64,000 nt of DNA from Cyanophyceae cyanobacterium (GTDB lineage: Bacteria; Cyanobacteriota; Cyanobacteriia; Cyanobacteriales; JBHJGN01): positions 192,001 through 256,000 of the forward strand of contig JBHJGN010000011.1 in NCBI GenBank assembly GCA_050331735.1, read 5' to 3'. Below the pieces are notes generated by a model. That model was given only the letters and a program-made list of their open reading frames with translations, was not told the origin of the DNA and ran no database searches. Positions 51,673-61,801 of the stretch are shown here, in pieces. Within the stretch, counting starts at the first letter, position 1. Every line of letters starts with the position of its first letter. A program made the position numbers and the translations under genes.

Positions 51673-53646
51673 TTAAGGAAGGTCGAATAGTAGATTGTCT
51701 GGAATGTTGCTGACGGCCCGCTGAAGTTGGCTGAAGGACTGATTATAGGTAATGATGGCATTCAAAAAATTTCCTCTAGCCGTGGTCAGTTCCGTTTGGG
51801 CATCGATGACATCGGTTTGAGTGCCCACTCCTGCTTGAAATCTGAGTCGCGCTAAGCGTAAACTCTCTTCAGCAAGTTCAACGGCTCGCTCAGAGGTTTC
51901 AATATTTCTCGCATTCGCTTGGAGGCTGAAGTAAGCGTCTTCTACTTCTAAACGCACTTCGTCCCGCTGATTAGCGAACGTTGCTTCATCAATTTCAACA
52001 TCTGTTTCTTCTTGATTAGCTCTGGCTCTAGCGGCTCCGCCATCAAAAAGTCGCCACTGTAAAGTTGCCCCCACAGAATAGCCATCCTCAAAACCCGTAT
52101 CGGCGTCGTCTAAGTCTTCAGCAACGTCATAGCTGGCAAATAAACTAACTTGCGGACGAATGGCGGACAGCGCAATTTCTCGCTCCTGGCGGTCAATTTC
52201 TCGCTGCACTAACGATTGCTCTAGCTCGGCGCGGTTCTGAAATGCTAACACAATGGTTTCTGGGAGGGTAAAGTTCCAGGTTCCAGCTTCTTCAATTTCG
52301 TCAGCAGTCGTCAGCTCAATATTAGGACCAACGCTGAGAGTTTCCGCTAGCTGTCGCCTAGCCGTGCGCTGGTCGGCTAGGGCCAACAGCAAATTTTGGT
52401 TGGCGTTAGCAAGTTCTACCTCAGCTCGCAAAACGTCAAAGCGGGTTCCGAGTCCTGCTTGCTCTAGCAGTTGAGCGTCTCGCAGCGTTTGGGTGGCATC
52501 ATCGACGGCAGCTTGCTCAATATTGACTTGAGCCTCAGTATTCTGAAGATTGTAGTATTCAGTAGCAACCTCCAGTCGGGTTTCTTCAGACAGCCTTTCG
52601 ACATCTAATTCGTTGAAGCGGACCTGTCGCTCAGCAGCTCGAATCTGAGCTGGACGCAGCCCTCCGGTATAAAGTTGGTAATTAAGGACTAAACTGCCCG
52701 TAATACTGTCTTGGGCCGTATCGATATCATCAGTATCTGTAATATCTCCAGCGCCGCTGGGAGCAGTTGGGGTCACAGGCCCATCATCGGTCGTTTCTCC
52801 ATCTGATTCGTCTGCATCTGGACCGGAATTGCCTCCATCTCCTCCATTGCCTCCTGTTCCTGGGCCGCCTGCTGTCTGAGGAGCGCGGAGCGTTGCCGCA
52901 GGGCCATCCGTGCCGGGAGTACCGCCGCCAATCGTGCCAGTATCAGTCCCGGGAGTGAAGCTATCGCCAAAAGTGATTCCGGACGTGTCTTGTTGTTCAA
53001 CGGATAGCTGACTTTGAGGCGAATCAGAGCGACTAATCGTAAAATCAAAATCAAGAGTGGGAAATAAAGCGGCTCTTGCTTCTCGTAGCTGTTCGCGAGC
53101 CTGCTGTAGCTGGAGTCTGGATATCTGTAGCTCTCGATTATTTTGTTGCGCTACTTCAACGGCTTGTTCTAAGGTAATTGGCTGTACCGTCTCAATGTCA
53201 ACTTCATCGGGGTCAGTGGGAAACAGCAGTGGATTGGCCCCAGAGTCGAGATCCGCAGCTCCCTCGCTAGGAGGCTCTGTCGGCTCTGGAGGGTCAAGCT
53301 CTTCTGGAGGTTCGGTTTGTGGAGAAATTGCCGGGTCTTCGACCTCTATTTCCTGAGCGATGTGCTGAATTTGCCGAAAATGGTGCTGAGAGCGATCGCG
53401 CCGGGGTTTCAGCCAACTCCTGGTGCTATTGCTAGCTGATGACCCTAATTGCGCTTGCCTTAACTGGTTCAGTAAGGAGGAAACCGCTGCTCGGTCGAGC
53501 GATTCTGTGTCTTGAAGACGGAAGTGAGCGCGTGACTTTGATGATAAGGCTTGTGCCGTCACCGGTGCCTCGCATCCGCAGGCAATTATGACTCCAGCAC
53601 TCACAGCGATGAAATGGCGAAATCCAAGCATCAGTTTTCGGTTCAT
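51673..53646 (-). CDS. tolC: TolC-family outer-membrane efflux protein with low-complexity insertion
   Basis: ITLEQAVEVA..NNREL, AGLGTRFDVLRAEVEL, RLRFQAGVGTQTDVI. Confidence 0.88.
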   Translation of the reverse strand: MNRKLMLGFRHFIAVSAGVIIACGCEAPVTAQALSSKSRAHFRLQDTESLDRAAVSSLLNQLRQAQLGSSASNSTRSWLKPRRDRSQHHFRQIQHIAQEIEVEDPAISPQTEPPEELDPPEPTEPPSEGAADLDSGANPLLFPTDPDEVDIETVQPITLEQAVEVAQQNNRELQISRLQLQQAREQLREARAALFPTLDFDFTISRSDSPQSQLSVEQQDTSGITFGDSFTPGTDTGTIGGGTPGTDGPAATLRAPQTAGGPGTGGNGGDGGNSGPDADESDGETTDDGPVTPTAPSGAGDITDTDDIDTAQDSITGSLVLNYQLYTGGLRPAQIRAAERQVRFNELDVERLSEETRLEVATEYYNLQNTEAQVNIEQAAVDDATQTLRDAQLLEQAGLGTRFDVLRAEVELANANQNLLLALADQRTARRQLAETLSVGPNIELTTADEIEEAGTWNFTLPETIVLAFQNRAELEQSLVQREIDRQEREIALSAIRPQVSLFASYDVAEDLDDADTGFEDGYSVGATLQWRLFDGGAARARANQEETDVEIDEATFANQRDEVRLEVEDAYFSLQANARNIETSERAVELAEESLRLARLRFQAGVGTQTDVIDAQTELTTARGNFLNAIITYNQSFSQLQRAVSNIPDNLLFDLP

Positions 53647-53758
53647 CTAGACGTATTACAAGGGTTTTCAGACGATAACAAAGCCAAGCGGTTAATACAA
53701 ATTCAATCTTGACATTGAGTGGTCACAAAATAAACCCTCTTTGCACTTTATTCGTTCT

Positions 53759-55294
53759 TTAGCTCAAAATGGCAATGCCGTCTCGGCGAGCATCCCCCGC
53801 TCCTTCCATCCCGTCCTTCTTTCCTCGCACCGCATGAACGCCTCCAAAGAACATATTTTTTTCCGGCCACAGCACCAGCTTGGTATCGTCAGCGATCGCC
53901 ATTGCTTCTTGATATCTGTTTGGTTCTACGCTCAAAACGTTGTTTTCCCAATGCACCCGCGGACTTTGCACTGCTTCATCTAAAGACAGCTCGAAATCAA
54001 CCAGGTTAGAAATGACCTGAAGAATCGCGGTACGGATGCGATTGGAGCCACCCGAGCCTAAAACAACTGCTGACTTGCCCTGCTTGAGCAGAAGCGTTGG
54101 AGCCATCATCGAAGCAATGCGGCGATCGCACATCCAATTATGAAAGCCAAAGGGATTAATATCGGCTTCTCCCAGCATGTTGTTGACCATGATTCCCGTA
54201 TCAGGAATGATGTATGCTGAGCCTTCTCCATTGGTAGTGGTGGTGCTAGCGGCGTTGCCTTCGCTATCAATGACGCTGATATGAGTCGTGCTGCCCCATT
54301 TGTTAACAAAGTTTTTGAGTCGGTGTTGATAGGGGTCGGACTGACTCAAAAACCGTTCGGCACTGTCTTCTCGGTCTAAAGAGGCATCGTAGCCGTTGTG
54401 TCTCGCTTCGTTAGTTAAGCGCATTACCTGAGCCAGAATTTGCAGATGACGCGGACTGCCAAACTCAATGTGGGTAAAATTTACCGCTGACAACAGCTTG
54501 AGAGCCAGGGCAATCAAAGTCCCGCCTGCGCTCGGAGGAGGATTCGTCAGCAGTTTATATCCGCGATAATGAGTTTGGAGTGGTTTTCTAACGATGACCC
54601 GATAGTTACTCAAATCCGCGAGCGTGAGATATCCTCCCCCGGCCTGAGAATCTTTGACAAATCGATGAGCAATTTCTCCTTGATAGAATTCCTCAACGCC
54701 ATGCTGTGCTAGAAAAGTTAACGTATCGGCAAAATTTCTCATGGTGCAAACTTCGCCAGCCGTTAGTAACTTGCCCTGGGGAGCAAAAATTTTCCGCGAT
54801 TCTGGCTGTGCGAGCATAATTGGCTCCAGCAGTCGCAGACAGAACTCTTGGTAAGAAGTAATTTCAAATCCATTTTTAGCGTAGTCAATCGCTGGTTGCA
54901 CCACCTCTTTAAACGGCAGTTTGCCCAATCGTTGCTGCACTGTAAACGCTCCGGCGAGATTTCCCGGCACCGCAATCGCCCCCATGCCGATATGGAACGT
55001 TTGGACTTCGCCGCCAAAGTTTAGCTCAACGGGATAGAAATCCAGCTCGTTCGAAGGCCTTTTCGTGCGGGGTGTTTGACTAAAAAAATCAAAGAGCATC
55101 GGGGGCTGAGCTCGAGGATGAGCCAATAGAAAGCCACTTCCGCCTGCTGAAGTTAAAGTTGGTTCAACGACAAAGGCAGCACAGAGAGAGGCGATCGCTG
55201 CATCAAACGCATTGCCACCAAGCGCAAACATCTCCTGTCCTGCTTCTGCCGTTTTTCGATGTCCTGCCGCAATTACACCGTGATTTTGCCTCAT
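53759..55294 (-). CDS. ggt: Gamma-glutamyltransferase
   Basis: GGNAFDAAIA, PPPSAGG, STTHISVIDSEGNA, NNMLGE, LGSGGSNRI. Confidence 0.9.
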   Translation of the reverse strand: MRQNHGVIAAGHRKTAEAGQEMFALGGNAFDAAIASLCAAFVVEPTLTSAGGSGFLLAHPRAQPPMLFDFFSQTPRTKRPSNELDFYPVELNFGGEVQTFHIGMGAIAVPGNLAGAFTVQQRLGKLPFKEVVQPAIDYAKNGFEITSYQEFCLRLLEPIMLAQPESRKIFAPQGKLLTAGEVCTMRNFADTLTFLAQHGVEEFYQGEIAHRFVKDSQAGGGYLTLADLSNYRVIVRKPLQTHYRGYKLLTNPPPSAGGTLIALALKLLSAVNFTHIEFGSPRHLQILAQVMRLTNEARHNGYDASLDREDSAERFLSQSDPYQHRLKNFVNKWGSTTHISVIDSEGNAASTTTTNGEGSAYIIPDTGIMVNNMLGEADINPFGFHNWMCDRRIASMMAPTLLLKQGKSAVVLGSGGSNRIRTAILQVISNLVDFELSLDEAVQSPRVHWENNVLSVEPNRYQEAMAIADDTKLVLWPEKNMFFGGVHAVRGKKDGMEGAGDARRDGIAILS

Positions 55295-55700
55295 GCGCTA
55301 AAATGATCTATCGTTGCTTTTTAGAGTGTATTGGCAACTATAGCAACTCTCACTCTTATGAGGTACGGCCATAAATCCTCGTTTTTGCTGATGGTTGATT
55401 GTGAGGGTATAGTTCTGAGGGAACCTCAGAACGCAAAGACCGCCCGAATTGCTGATGGGTAACTAGCATACTTCCTGGTGTACCCCACAGATTTGAGAAA
55501 CGCTATAGAATCAAGTTGTCTTCAAGAAAAAATTTGGTAGATTTACGTTAACAGATCTAGTAATTTAGGCTGCTAAAGGGTTAGGTAGTCACTTAGCTTG
55601 CTGCTGAGAAAACCGTATCAGTCTTTAATTTAAGTCCAGGAAAAACACTAGATTTGATATAGTTCTCTTTAATAAACTTTTCCATTTGATATTCTCCTTC

Positions 55701-55840
55701 AACTAGCTGACAGACAGTGAATGTGCTCCGGGCTCGACGAAAACGGGGTTTTGCCACTATCAACATCGGTTTAATTCTTTTAATCTACTCAACTTGATTT
55801 AAGTTTCAGCCCGCTTGCTATGGCATCCGTCCCTGCTCTT
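55701..55840 (+). ncRNA. psrR1: Probable PsrR1 (SyR1) photosynthesis-regulatory sRNA; ends approximate
   Basis: Blocks TGCTCCGGGCTC..GAAAC (55724), CATCG, CAGCCCGCTT (55807) and GGCATCC (55822) occur in the order I recall for PsrR1. A TATTCT -10-like hexamer lies at 55690. Confidence 0.7.
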
Positions 55841-55880
55841 TGTCTATATTTAGAAAAGACTTTTAGTATAGGATATAGCT

Positions 55881-56078
55881 GTGAAAGAAGTTAATTGTGC
55901 TGTAGAGTGCGTTGACGGCTGTATTTTGGGCGAAGAATGTCCTCACCGAGAATACGCGGCTAATGCCTCAACCTTCATTGAGGAAACTTCTTTAGACCAA
56001 ATGATAGAAATCGCCGAAATTGCCCGTCGTAAAAAACTGACTGAACCTCCTCAGTGGGTGATTCCTGACGAAATCTAG
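55881..56078 (+). CDS. Small Cys-rich conserved cyanobacterial protein
   Basis: NCAVECVDGCILGEECPH motif; GTG start after AGGA. Confidence 0.75.
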   Translation: MKEVNCAVECVDGCILGEECPHREYAANASTFIEETSLDQMIEIAEIARRKKLTEPPQWVIPDEI

Positions 56079-56081
56079 GAA

Positions 56082-56789
56082 CTACCGACTCACCGTAGAG
56101 GGGCGAGCTGCCTGAATGTTTCCCTGTCGTTCACATTGAAACCCATTTTCCTGCCAGGCTTGTAAGTCTACGTCTTCTAGCTGAGTAACGCGAGAGCAGG
56201 GTGGATAGATAGCTTGACTCAACGGTGACCACAGTAGGCTACGGAGAACATCTAAACCAGTTTTGAGTACAGACTCTTGGTTGCCAGGAACACCCTTCTC
56301 GGTGACGATCTCTGGCTCGACCCAAATTCCGTGGGCGCCCAGTAAAATTTGGGCTAACCATTTAGCCCGCGGCAAATGGGTTGCGGAGGTAACGACTTTG
56401 ACTTTATGAACATCGAGGCGGCGGAGAATGGGAATGCCAAAAAAGAAGTTACCAAAGGTTGAATCAGCGCATCTTTCTAGCCATACTTTGTCTAAGCGCG
56501 CCTGTTCCCGTTGAAAAATGAGAAAAACACACGGGTCGTCTGCTCCTTGAGAAATCACAATTGGCAGCTCAGGATACTGCTTTGCTAACTGTGCGGCATG
56601 AATTTCCCGTTGAATACTGCCTCCAAGAACCAGCAAAGCATCGACGGGTTTAGAGGAATTAAGCCATAGTATTACCGTGGAATGCACAAAGATGCTAGCC
56701 AATAGGAAGGCCGTACCGGTCATGACTACTGGCTTAAGCCATTTGATCCATCCCAACTTTAAAGATCGCTGTCGTCTTCGCACCGTCAA
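56082..56789 (-). CDS. YdcF/DUF218 family protein
   Basis: [24 protein letters not shown]. Confidence 0.85.
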   Translation of the reverse strand: MTVRRRQRSLKLGWIKWLKPVVMTGTAFLLASIFVHSTVILWLNSSKPVDALLVLGGSIQREIHAAQLAKQYPELPIVISQGADDPCVFLIFQREQARLDKVWLERCADSTFGNFFFGIPILRRLDVHKVKVVTSATHLPRAKWLAQILLGAHGIWVEPEIVTEKGVPGNQESVLKTGLDVLRSLLWSPLSQAIYPPCSRVTQLEDVDLQAWQENGFQCERQGNIQAARPSTVSR

Positions 56790-58171
56790 AAATCGGCATT
56801 CATAGGAGTACGAGGAAAGGGAATGACATCGCGGATATTGTTCATGCCAGTCATGAACTGTACAATTCGTTCAAACCCAAGACCAAAGCCAGCATGAGGA
56901 ACTGTGCCATAGCGTCGCAGATCTAAGTACCATCCCAGCTCTTCTCGGGGCATGCCCTGATTCTTGATCCGCTGCTCTAAAACTTCCAGTCGTTCTTCAC
57001 GCTGAGAACCACCGATAATTTCACCAATTTTGGGAACGAGAACATCCATAGCCGCAACGGTTTTCTGGTCATCGTTCAGGCGCATGTAAAAAGCTTTGAT
57101 TCCTATTGGGTAATCTGTGACGATGACGGGCTTTTTGAAGAATTCTTCTGCTAAGTAGCGCTCATGTTCCGACTGCAAATCTACGCCCCATTCTACCGGA
57201 AACTCGAACGTTCGCTCGGCTTTTTCGAGGAGGGCGATCGCCTCAGTATAGGTCAATCGTTCAAAGCGGCTATTAACAATATTATCCGCTGTTTCTAGCA
57301 CAGTTTTGTCGATGCGCTGATTAAAAAACTCCATATCTTCTGGGCAACGTTCTAATACGGTTTTGAAAATATGCTTCAAAAACTCCTCGGCTAAATCCTG
57401 ATTGCCGCCCAGGTCGCAAAACGCCATTTCCGGTTCGACCATCCAGAACTCTGCTAAATGCCTCGATGTGTTGGAGTTCTCGGCGCGAAACGTTGGCCCA
57501 AACGTATACACCCGCTCAAACGCCATCGCCATCGCCTCTACCTGAAGCTGCCCGCTGACGGTTAAATAGGCGCGACGACCAAAGAAATCCTGACTCCAGT
57601 CGATTGTTCGACCATTGGTGAGGGGCAGATGATCAGGATCGAGGCTGGTGACGGTAAATAGCTCCCCGGCTCCTTCGCAGTCACTAGCCGTAATAATGGG
57701 GGTATGAATCCACAGAAACCCTCGCTCCTGAAAAAACTGGTGAATGGCGTTAGCGCAGGCATTGCGCACTCTAAATACAGCCCCAATCGTATTCGTGCGC
57801 GATCGCAGGTGTCCAATCGTGCGTAAAAACTCAAACGAGTGGCGCTTTTTCTGGAGGGGATACGTCTCTTCCGACTCACCAAAAACCTCCACAGCGGTTG
57901 CTTTCAGCTCAATTCGCTGTCCTTTCCCCGGAGAAGGAACCAATTGCCCTGTTACCTCAACCGAAGCGCCATTGCCAAGATGCTTGAGCGCACTTTCATA
58001 GTCAGGTAAATCAGGTTCTAAAACCGCCTGAATATTGGCCAAAGAAGAGCCATCGTTTACTTCTATAAAGGCAAAGTTTTTCAACTCTCGCTTGGTGCGG
58101 ACCCAACCGCGAATGGTAACGATTTCATCAGGTTGTCCGTGGCGTAAGATGTCTGCAATCCGCTGAGTCAT
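56786..58171 (-). CDS. asnS: Asparagine--tRNA ligase
   Basis: [42 protein letters not shown]. Confidence 0.97.
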   Translation of the reverse strand: MTQRIADILRHGQPDEIVTIRGWVRTKRELKNFAFIEVNDGSSLANIQAVLEPDLPDYESALKHLGNGASVEVTGQLVPSPGKGQRIELKATAVEVFGESEETYPLQKKRHSFEFLRTIGHLRSRTNTIGAVFRVRNACANAIHQFFQERGFLWIHTPIITASDCEGAGELFTVTSLDPDHLPLTNGRTIDWSQDFFGRRAYLTVSGQLQVEAMAMAFERVYTFGPTFRAENSNTSRHLAEFWMVEPEMAFCDLGGNQDLAEEFLKHIFKTVLERCPEDMEFFNQRIDKTVLETADNIVNSRFERLTYTEAIALLEKAERTFEFPVEWGVDLQSEHERYLAEEFFKKPVIVTDYPIGIKAFYMRLNDDQKTVAAMDVLVPKIGEIIGGSQREERLEVLEQRIKNQGMPREELGWYLDLRRYGTVPHAGFGLGFERIVQFMTGMNNIRDVIPFPRTPMNADF

Positions 58172-58241
58172 TCCGTCCTAGACTTTTAATAAGCATTATC
58201 CTCAGTGTACCGTTTTTAGCTGCTTTTGCTGGGGGAAAAGG

Positions 58242-58350
58242 AAAAGCGCTTCTAGACGCGGGAAAAGGTCAAAGGAGCAGGGGAAAAGGGGGAATAAATG
58301 AGTTTGTTTCTTAACTCTGTGTTCTTTCCCTTTCCCCGTCCCGTAGGGAC
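58242..58350 (+). repeat. Modular dispersed repeat, copy B
   Basis: Degenerate 5' hairpin, G-rich arm, core shared with copy A, C-rich arm, GTCCC-GTA-GGGAC at 58338-58350. Confidence 0.8.
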
Positions 58351-58689
58351 TTACCCCGCCCAGGTTTTCAGTACCCACCCAACGATTACGCCTAAGCCTC
58401 CAAATCTGACCGCTAGCCAAAAAGGGTCTTTAAGGCTGCTCCAGCGAAATAGGCGGCTTTCTAAATTGAGCTCAATCGTCTCTAATTCTTGCTCTAGCTG
58501 CTGTAGCTCGGAGTTGACTGGTTGCCTCGACTGCTGCGACAGTTCTGTATAGCGCTGCTGTAGCTGCACTTGCCGCTGCTGATCTCGTTTTACCTGCCGG
58601 TAACGTTCTTTGAGAGCTGCTAATGAAGTTTCTAGAGCCGTTAAAGCTTGTTCCAATGACTCGTCAGGAACGCGAAATTGAGAAGACAT
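58351..58689 (-). CDS. Hypothetical coiled-coil protein with C-terminal membrane anchor
   Basis: Heptad region then FWLAVRFGGLGVIVGWVL, a pattern familiar from cyanobacterial proteins. Confidence 0.7.
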   Translation of the reverse strand: MSSQFRVPDESLEQALTALETSLAALKERYRQVKRDQQRQVQLQQRYTELSQQSRQPVNSELQQLEQELETIELNLESRLFRWSSLKDPFWLAVRFGGLGVIVGWVLKTWAG

Positions 58690-58729
58690 TTTACACTAGA
58701 GATGAAGATCTATGATTTGGCATCAACTC

Positions 58730-59017
58730 ATGTCTCAACCTACCCAAATTCGCCCCGACACCGATCAGCTTAGTACGCTTGAACTAGCTCAAGCCCTAGC
58801 CGAGCGCTTAGCGATCGCCCCCAATGATTGGCATCGGCTCAAAGGGAACCGGACTGTCCAAGCCCGCCAGCAAGCCGCCGCTGCCCTGGTATTTCTGCTC
58901 AAAGAGCGGCCAGAAGAAGCGCTTTTACGTCTTCAACAAGCGTCTCAATGGCTAGATCGCACCATTTCAGCTCCTCCTTGCCCCGATCACAATCGTAAGT
59001 CCTCGTCAGCACAGTAA
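58730..59017 (+). CDS. Conserved cyanobacterial protein (DUF6439-like)
   Basis: LELAQALAERL.I..NDWHRLK.NR...APPCP.H. Confidence 0.7.
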   Translation: MSQPTQIRPDTDQLSTLELAQALAERLAIAPNDWHRLKGNRTVQARQQAAAALVFLLKERPEEALLRLQQASQWLDRTISAPPCPDHNRKSSSAQ

Positions 59018-59437
59018 GGGCTGACGTTCTTTGCCCTTTAATTGCTTACACAGCTTTAGCTCTGTTCCCTGTTGATTCCAGTGAACTCGGTCAAAAACGT
59101 AGTAGAGAATACATAAACCTCGACCGCTTTCTGCTTCTTCTCTCGGCAGTTGGCTGTTGCCATTGCACTTGAAGCCTGTTCCTTCGTCAGAAATTACCCA
59201 GGAGTATTCCTCTTTGGTAACCGAGAACTGGACAACAACCGTTTTGCTCGGGTCTAATTTGTTGCCGTGTTTAGCGGCATTTACCAGTGCCTCTTGAAGT
59301 CCTAGCCGCAGCTCTGGTTGCCATTGGGTGGGAATATCGGCTAAAAGTAAGTCTAACACTGGACAAAGGTAAAGAGTGGATGCGAAGCTCATCACGCTCC
59401 ACTCACGTCTTTTGGGAGACATGGAAATAGCAATCAC
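59006..59437 (-). CDS. pmgA: Anti-sigma-factor-like HATPase PmgA
   Basis: SFASTLYLCPVLDLLL, LRLGLQEALVNAAKHGNKLDP, ESGRGL. Confidence 0.85.
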   Translation of the reverse strand: MIAISMSPKRREWSVMSFASTLYLCPVLDLLLADIPTQWQPELRLGLQEALVNAAKHGNKLDPSKTVVVQFSVTKEEYSWVISDEGTGFKCNGNSQLPREEAESGRGLCILYYVFDRVHWNQQGTELKLCKQLKGKERQPLLC

Positions 59438-59774
59438 ACGCACCTCTGGCTTGCTTAGTAATCTAGTTACGGTGGCAGTTAGGCCATTCGTTTAATTCCG
59501 TTCAGCAACTAATGTGCTTTGGCAACAGCAGCCAGTAATACACCTGAACTTGCTGAGGCTCTGGACGAGACTGCCCTATCTAGCAGCTAACGAGACGGAG
59601 TCACCCAAACGGCAGCTTCTGTGCTCTGCTAAAACATGCTACATACCATAGATATCAAGAATTTATGATGGTTAAAATTTTACAATCAGCTTAGAAAAAC
59701 AGCCGGTTTTTCTCCATAAATTAAGATTTACTAGGAGTTATTTGCGTATTTTTCTCTATTCATTCACGATTTTA

Positions 59775-61166
59775 TCACAGAATTTCCGCAGACCCAAGAA
59801 AGGCTGCGCACTCAGCATGAGCAGTTTGCGGGAAAAAATCTGCAGGTTGCACAAAAATTAGGGAGTAGCTGCTATTTTGACAAAGTAATTTCAGATCTCT
59901 TGCTAGGGTAGCCGGATTGCAGCTCACGTAAACCAGACGAGGGGGCTTGCTCTTTAACAAGGCGTCAAGGGTTTGGTGATTGCACCCTTGACGAGGGGGA
60001 TCGAGAAGCACAATATCCGGGGAAACCTCTAGCTGAGGAAGTAAATCTTCTACCGCCCCAGTCTGAAAGGAAACATTGGCAATGTTGTTGAGCTGAGCAT
60101 TGATGTGTGCCTGCTGTACAGCAGCAGCTTGGACCTCGATACCGATTACCTGTTGTACCCGTCGTGCCAACGGTAACGCAAAGGTTCCGATTCCGCAGTA
60201 AGCGTCTAACACCGTTTCTTCGCCTTGCAGGTCTAGTTGCTCAACAATTACCTCCAGAAGAGCTTCTGCGGTTTCTGTATTAATTTGAAAAAAGGTTTCT
60301 GGACGCAATCTGAACTCTAGATCCGCAAAAATCTCGCGCAGCTCAAGCTGACCAGCGATCGCTCTCGTCTGCTTGCCAACAATAACGTTGGTGCGCTGCG
60401 GATTGTAGTTCAGCGCTACGCCAACGAGCTGCGGATAGCGCTGCATCCACTGCTGAGCCTGATGTTCAAGCTCCGGTAGGTGCCAGTCTGTACTAATCAG
60501 AGTTAATAGCATCTCTCCGGTACGTCTGCCGATACGCAGGGAAAAATGGCGCAGTTGCCCTTGATGCGTTTGTTCGTTGTAAATCGACCAGCCGCGACGT
60601 TCGATGTCTCGCTTGACTTGAGCAAGCAGTGGGTCAAAGCGAGTATCCTGCACCGGACACTGATTCAGATTGACCAACCGATGAGAACCTCGACGGTAGT
60701 AGCCCGCTTGAACTTGCCCCGTTGATGATAAATTCAGAGGATAAGTCGCTTTGTTGCGGTAATTGAGAACATCCCGGTGAAGTGGAGGCGCGACAGTTGG
60801 CTCAGCAAAACCACCGATGCGCTTGAGAATTTCGAGAATGTATCGGCGCTTGGCAACGCGCTGGTATTCATCATTAATATGTTGCCACTGACAGCCACCG
60901 CATTTGTCGGCCACAATACACCGAGGACGAATCCGATGGGAGGAGGATTTAAGCAGCTCGATCAGCTTACCATGAGCATACTGAGGTTTCACTCGCACTA
61001 ATCGCGCTCTGATCCGATCGCCAGTTACGGTACTGGGAACAAACACGGCTCGTCCTTCAAAGCGACCAACGCCGTCGCCACCATTGCTCACATCCGTAAT
61101 GTCTAGCTCTACTATCTGCCCCTGTTGCCAAAGTAATGCTGGAGATTGTCTGTCGTGACTGTTCAT
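59775..61166 (-). CDS. rlmD: 23S rRNA (uracil-1939-C5)-methyltransferase
   Basis: TRAM domain, CGGCQWQH, FFQIN, DAYCGIG, DPPRQG, YVSCNPATLARD. Confidence 0.93.
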   Translation of the reverse strand: MNSHDRQSPALLWQQGQIVELDITDVSNGGDGVGRFEGRAVFVPSTVTGDRIRARLVRVKPQYAHGKLIELLKSSSHRIRPRCIVADKCGGCQWQHINDEYQRVAKRRYILEILKRIGGFAEPTVAPPLHRDVLNYRNKATYPLNLSSTGQVQAGYYRRGSHRLVNLNQCPVQDTRFDPLLAQVKRDIERRGWSIYNEQTHQGQLRHFSLRIGRRTGEMLLTLISTDWHLPELEHQAQQWMQRYPQLVGVALNYNPQRTNVIVGKQTRAIAGQLELREIFADLEFRLRPETFFQINTETAEALLEVIVEQLDLQGEETVLDAYCGIGTFALPLARRVQQVIGIEVQAAAVQQAHINAQLNNIANVSFQTGAVEDLLPQLEVSPDIVLLDPPRQGCNHQTLDALLKSKPPRLVYVSCNPATLARDLKLLCQNSSYSLIFVQPADFFPQTAHAECAAFLGSAEIL

Positions 61167-61216
61167 TGTGAAACCGAGTGGCCGCGCCTCTAGGGCGGAT
61201 TAACGAATACAATTAA

Positions 61217-61798
61217 GTGATGAAAGCTGACTCAATTACTGCGACTCTCGAACAATATTTTGGTTCTAACACGGTCCAAACCCCATCCGCCGATTCTTGG
61301 CAGGTGGAAAAGGACGGTTTGCGTCTGCTGGTGATTCTCTCTGAGGATCAAACCTGGCTGCGTCTTCTAGTTCCGATCGTAACAGCCGCGGAAGCTCAAC
61401 CCTATTTTCAACAGCTACTTCAGGCCAACTTCGACCAAACTCAGGAAGTTCGCTATGCTCTCAACCAGGGAATTGTGTGGGGAGTCTTCCAGCATAGCTG
61501 CGCTAGTCTCACCTCTGAAGATTTTACCGGCGCGATCGCTCGTCTCATTGTTCTGTCTGAAAACGGTTTGGGAGAGGCTTTTAATTTACAGACCGAACAG
61601 CGCATCAAGCAGATCATTATTGCCGCTAAGCTGCAAGGACAAAGCCTCGAATCAACTTTACAAAACCTAACGCGCTTCTACGAAGAAGGAATGCTCGGAG
61701 GAATCGATCAAGATGCCCAAGAACGAGAACAGTTTTTGCAAGCGTGGGAAGCTCAGCTCAAGCGTTTCTGGCTGGAGGTAGAACCACCGGAACTATAA
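61217..61798 (+). CDS. Hypothetical protein, YbjN/type III chaperone-like N-terminal fold
   Basis: LLVILSEDQTWLRLLVPI...LLQANF...VRYAL. Confidence 0.6.
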   Translation: MMKADSITATLEQYFGSNTVQTPSADSWQVEKDGLRLLVILSEDQTWLRLLVPIVTAAEAQPYFQQLLQANFDQTQEVRYALNQGIVWGVFQHSCASLTSEDFTGAIARLIVLSENGLGEAFNLQTEQRIKQIIIAAKLQGQSLESTLQNLTRFYEEGMLGGIDQDAQEREQFLQAWEAQLKRFWLEVEPPEL

Positions 61799-61801
61799 TT
61801 T

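Noticed and set aside
51489..51761. ORFs 51489-51761, 58202-58420 and 61744-62001; the first two share QTHLF.LFP and all three contain G(T/N)G(K/E)-type runs
   Set aside because: Translations of the dispersed repeat. The similarity is at the DNA repeat level, not evidence of a protein family.
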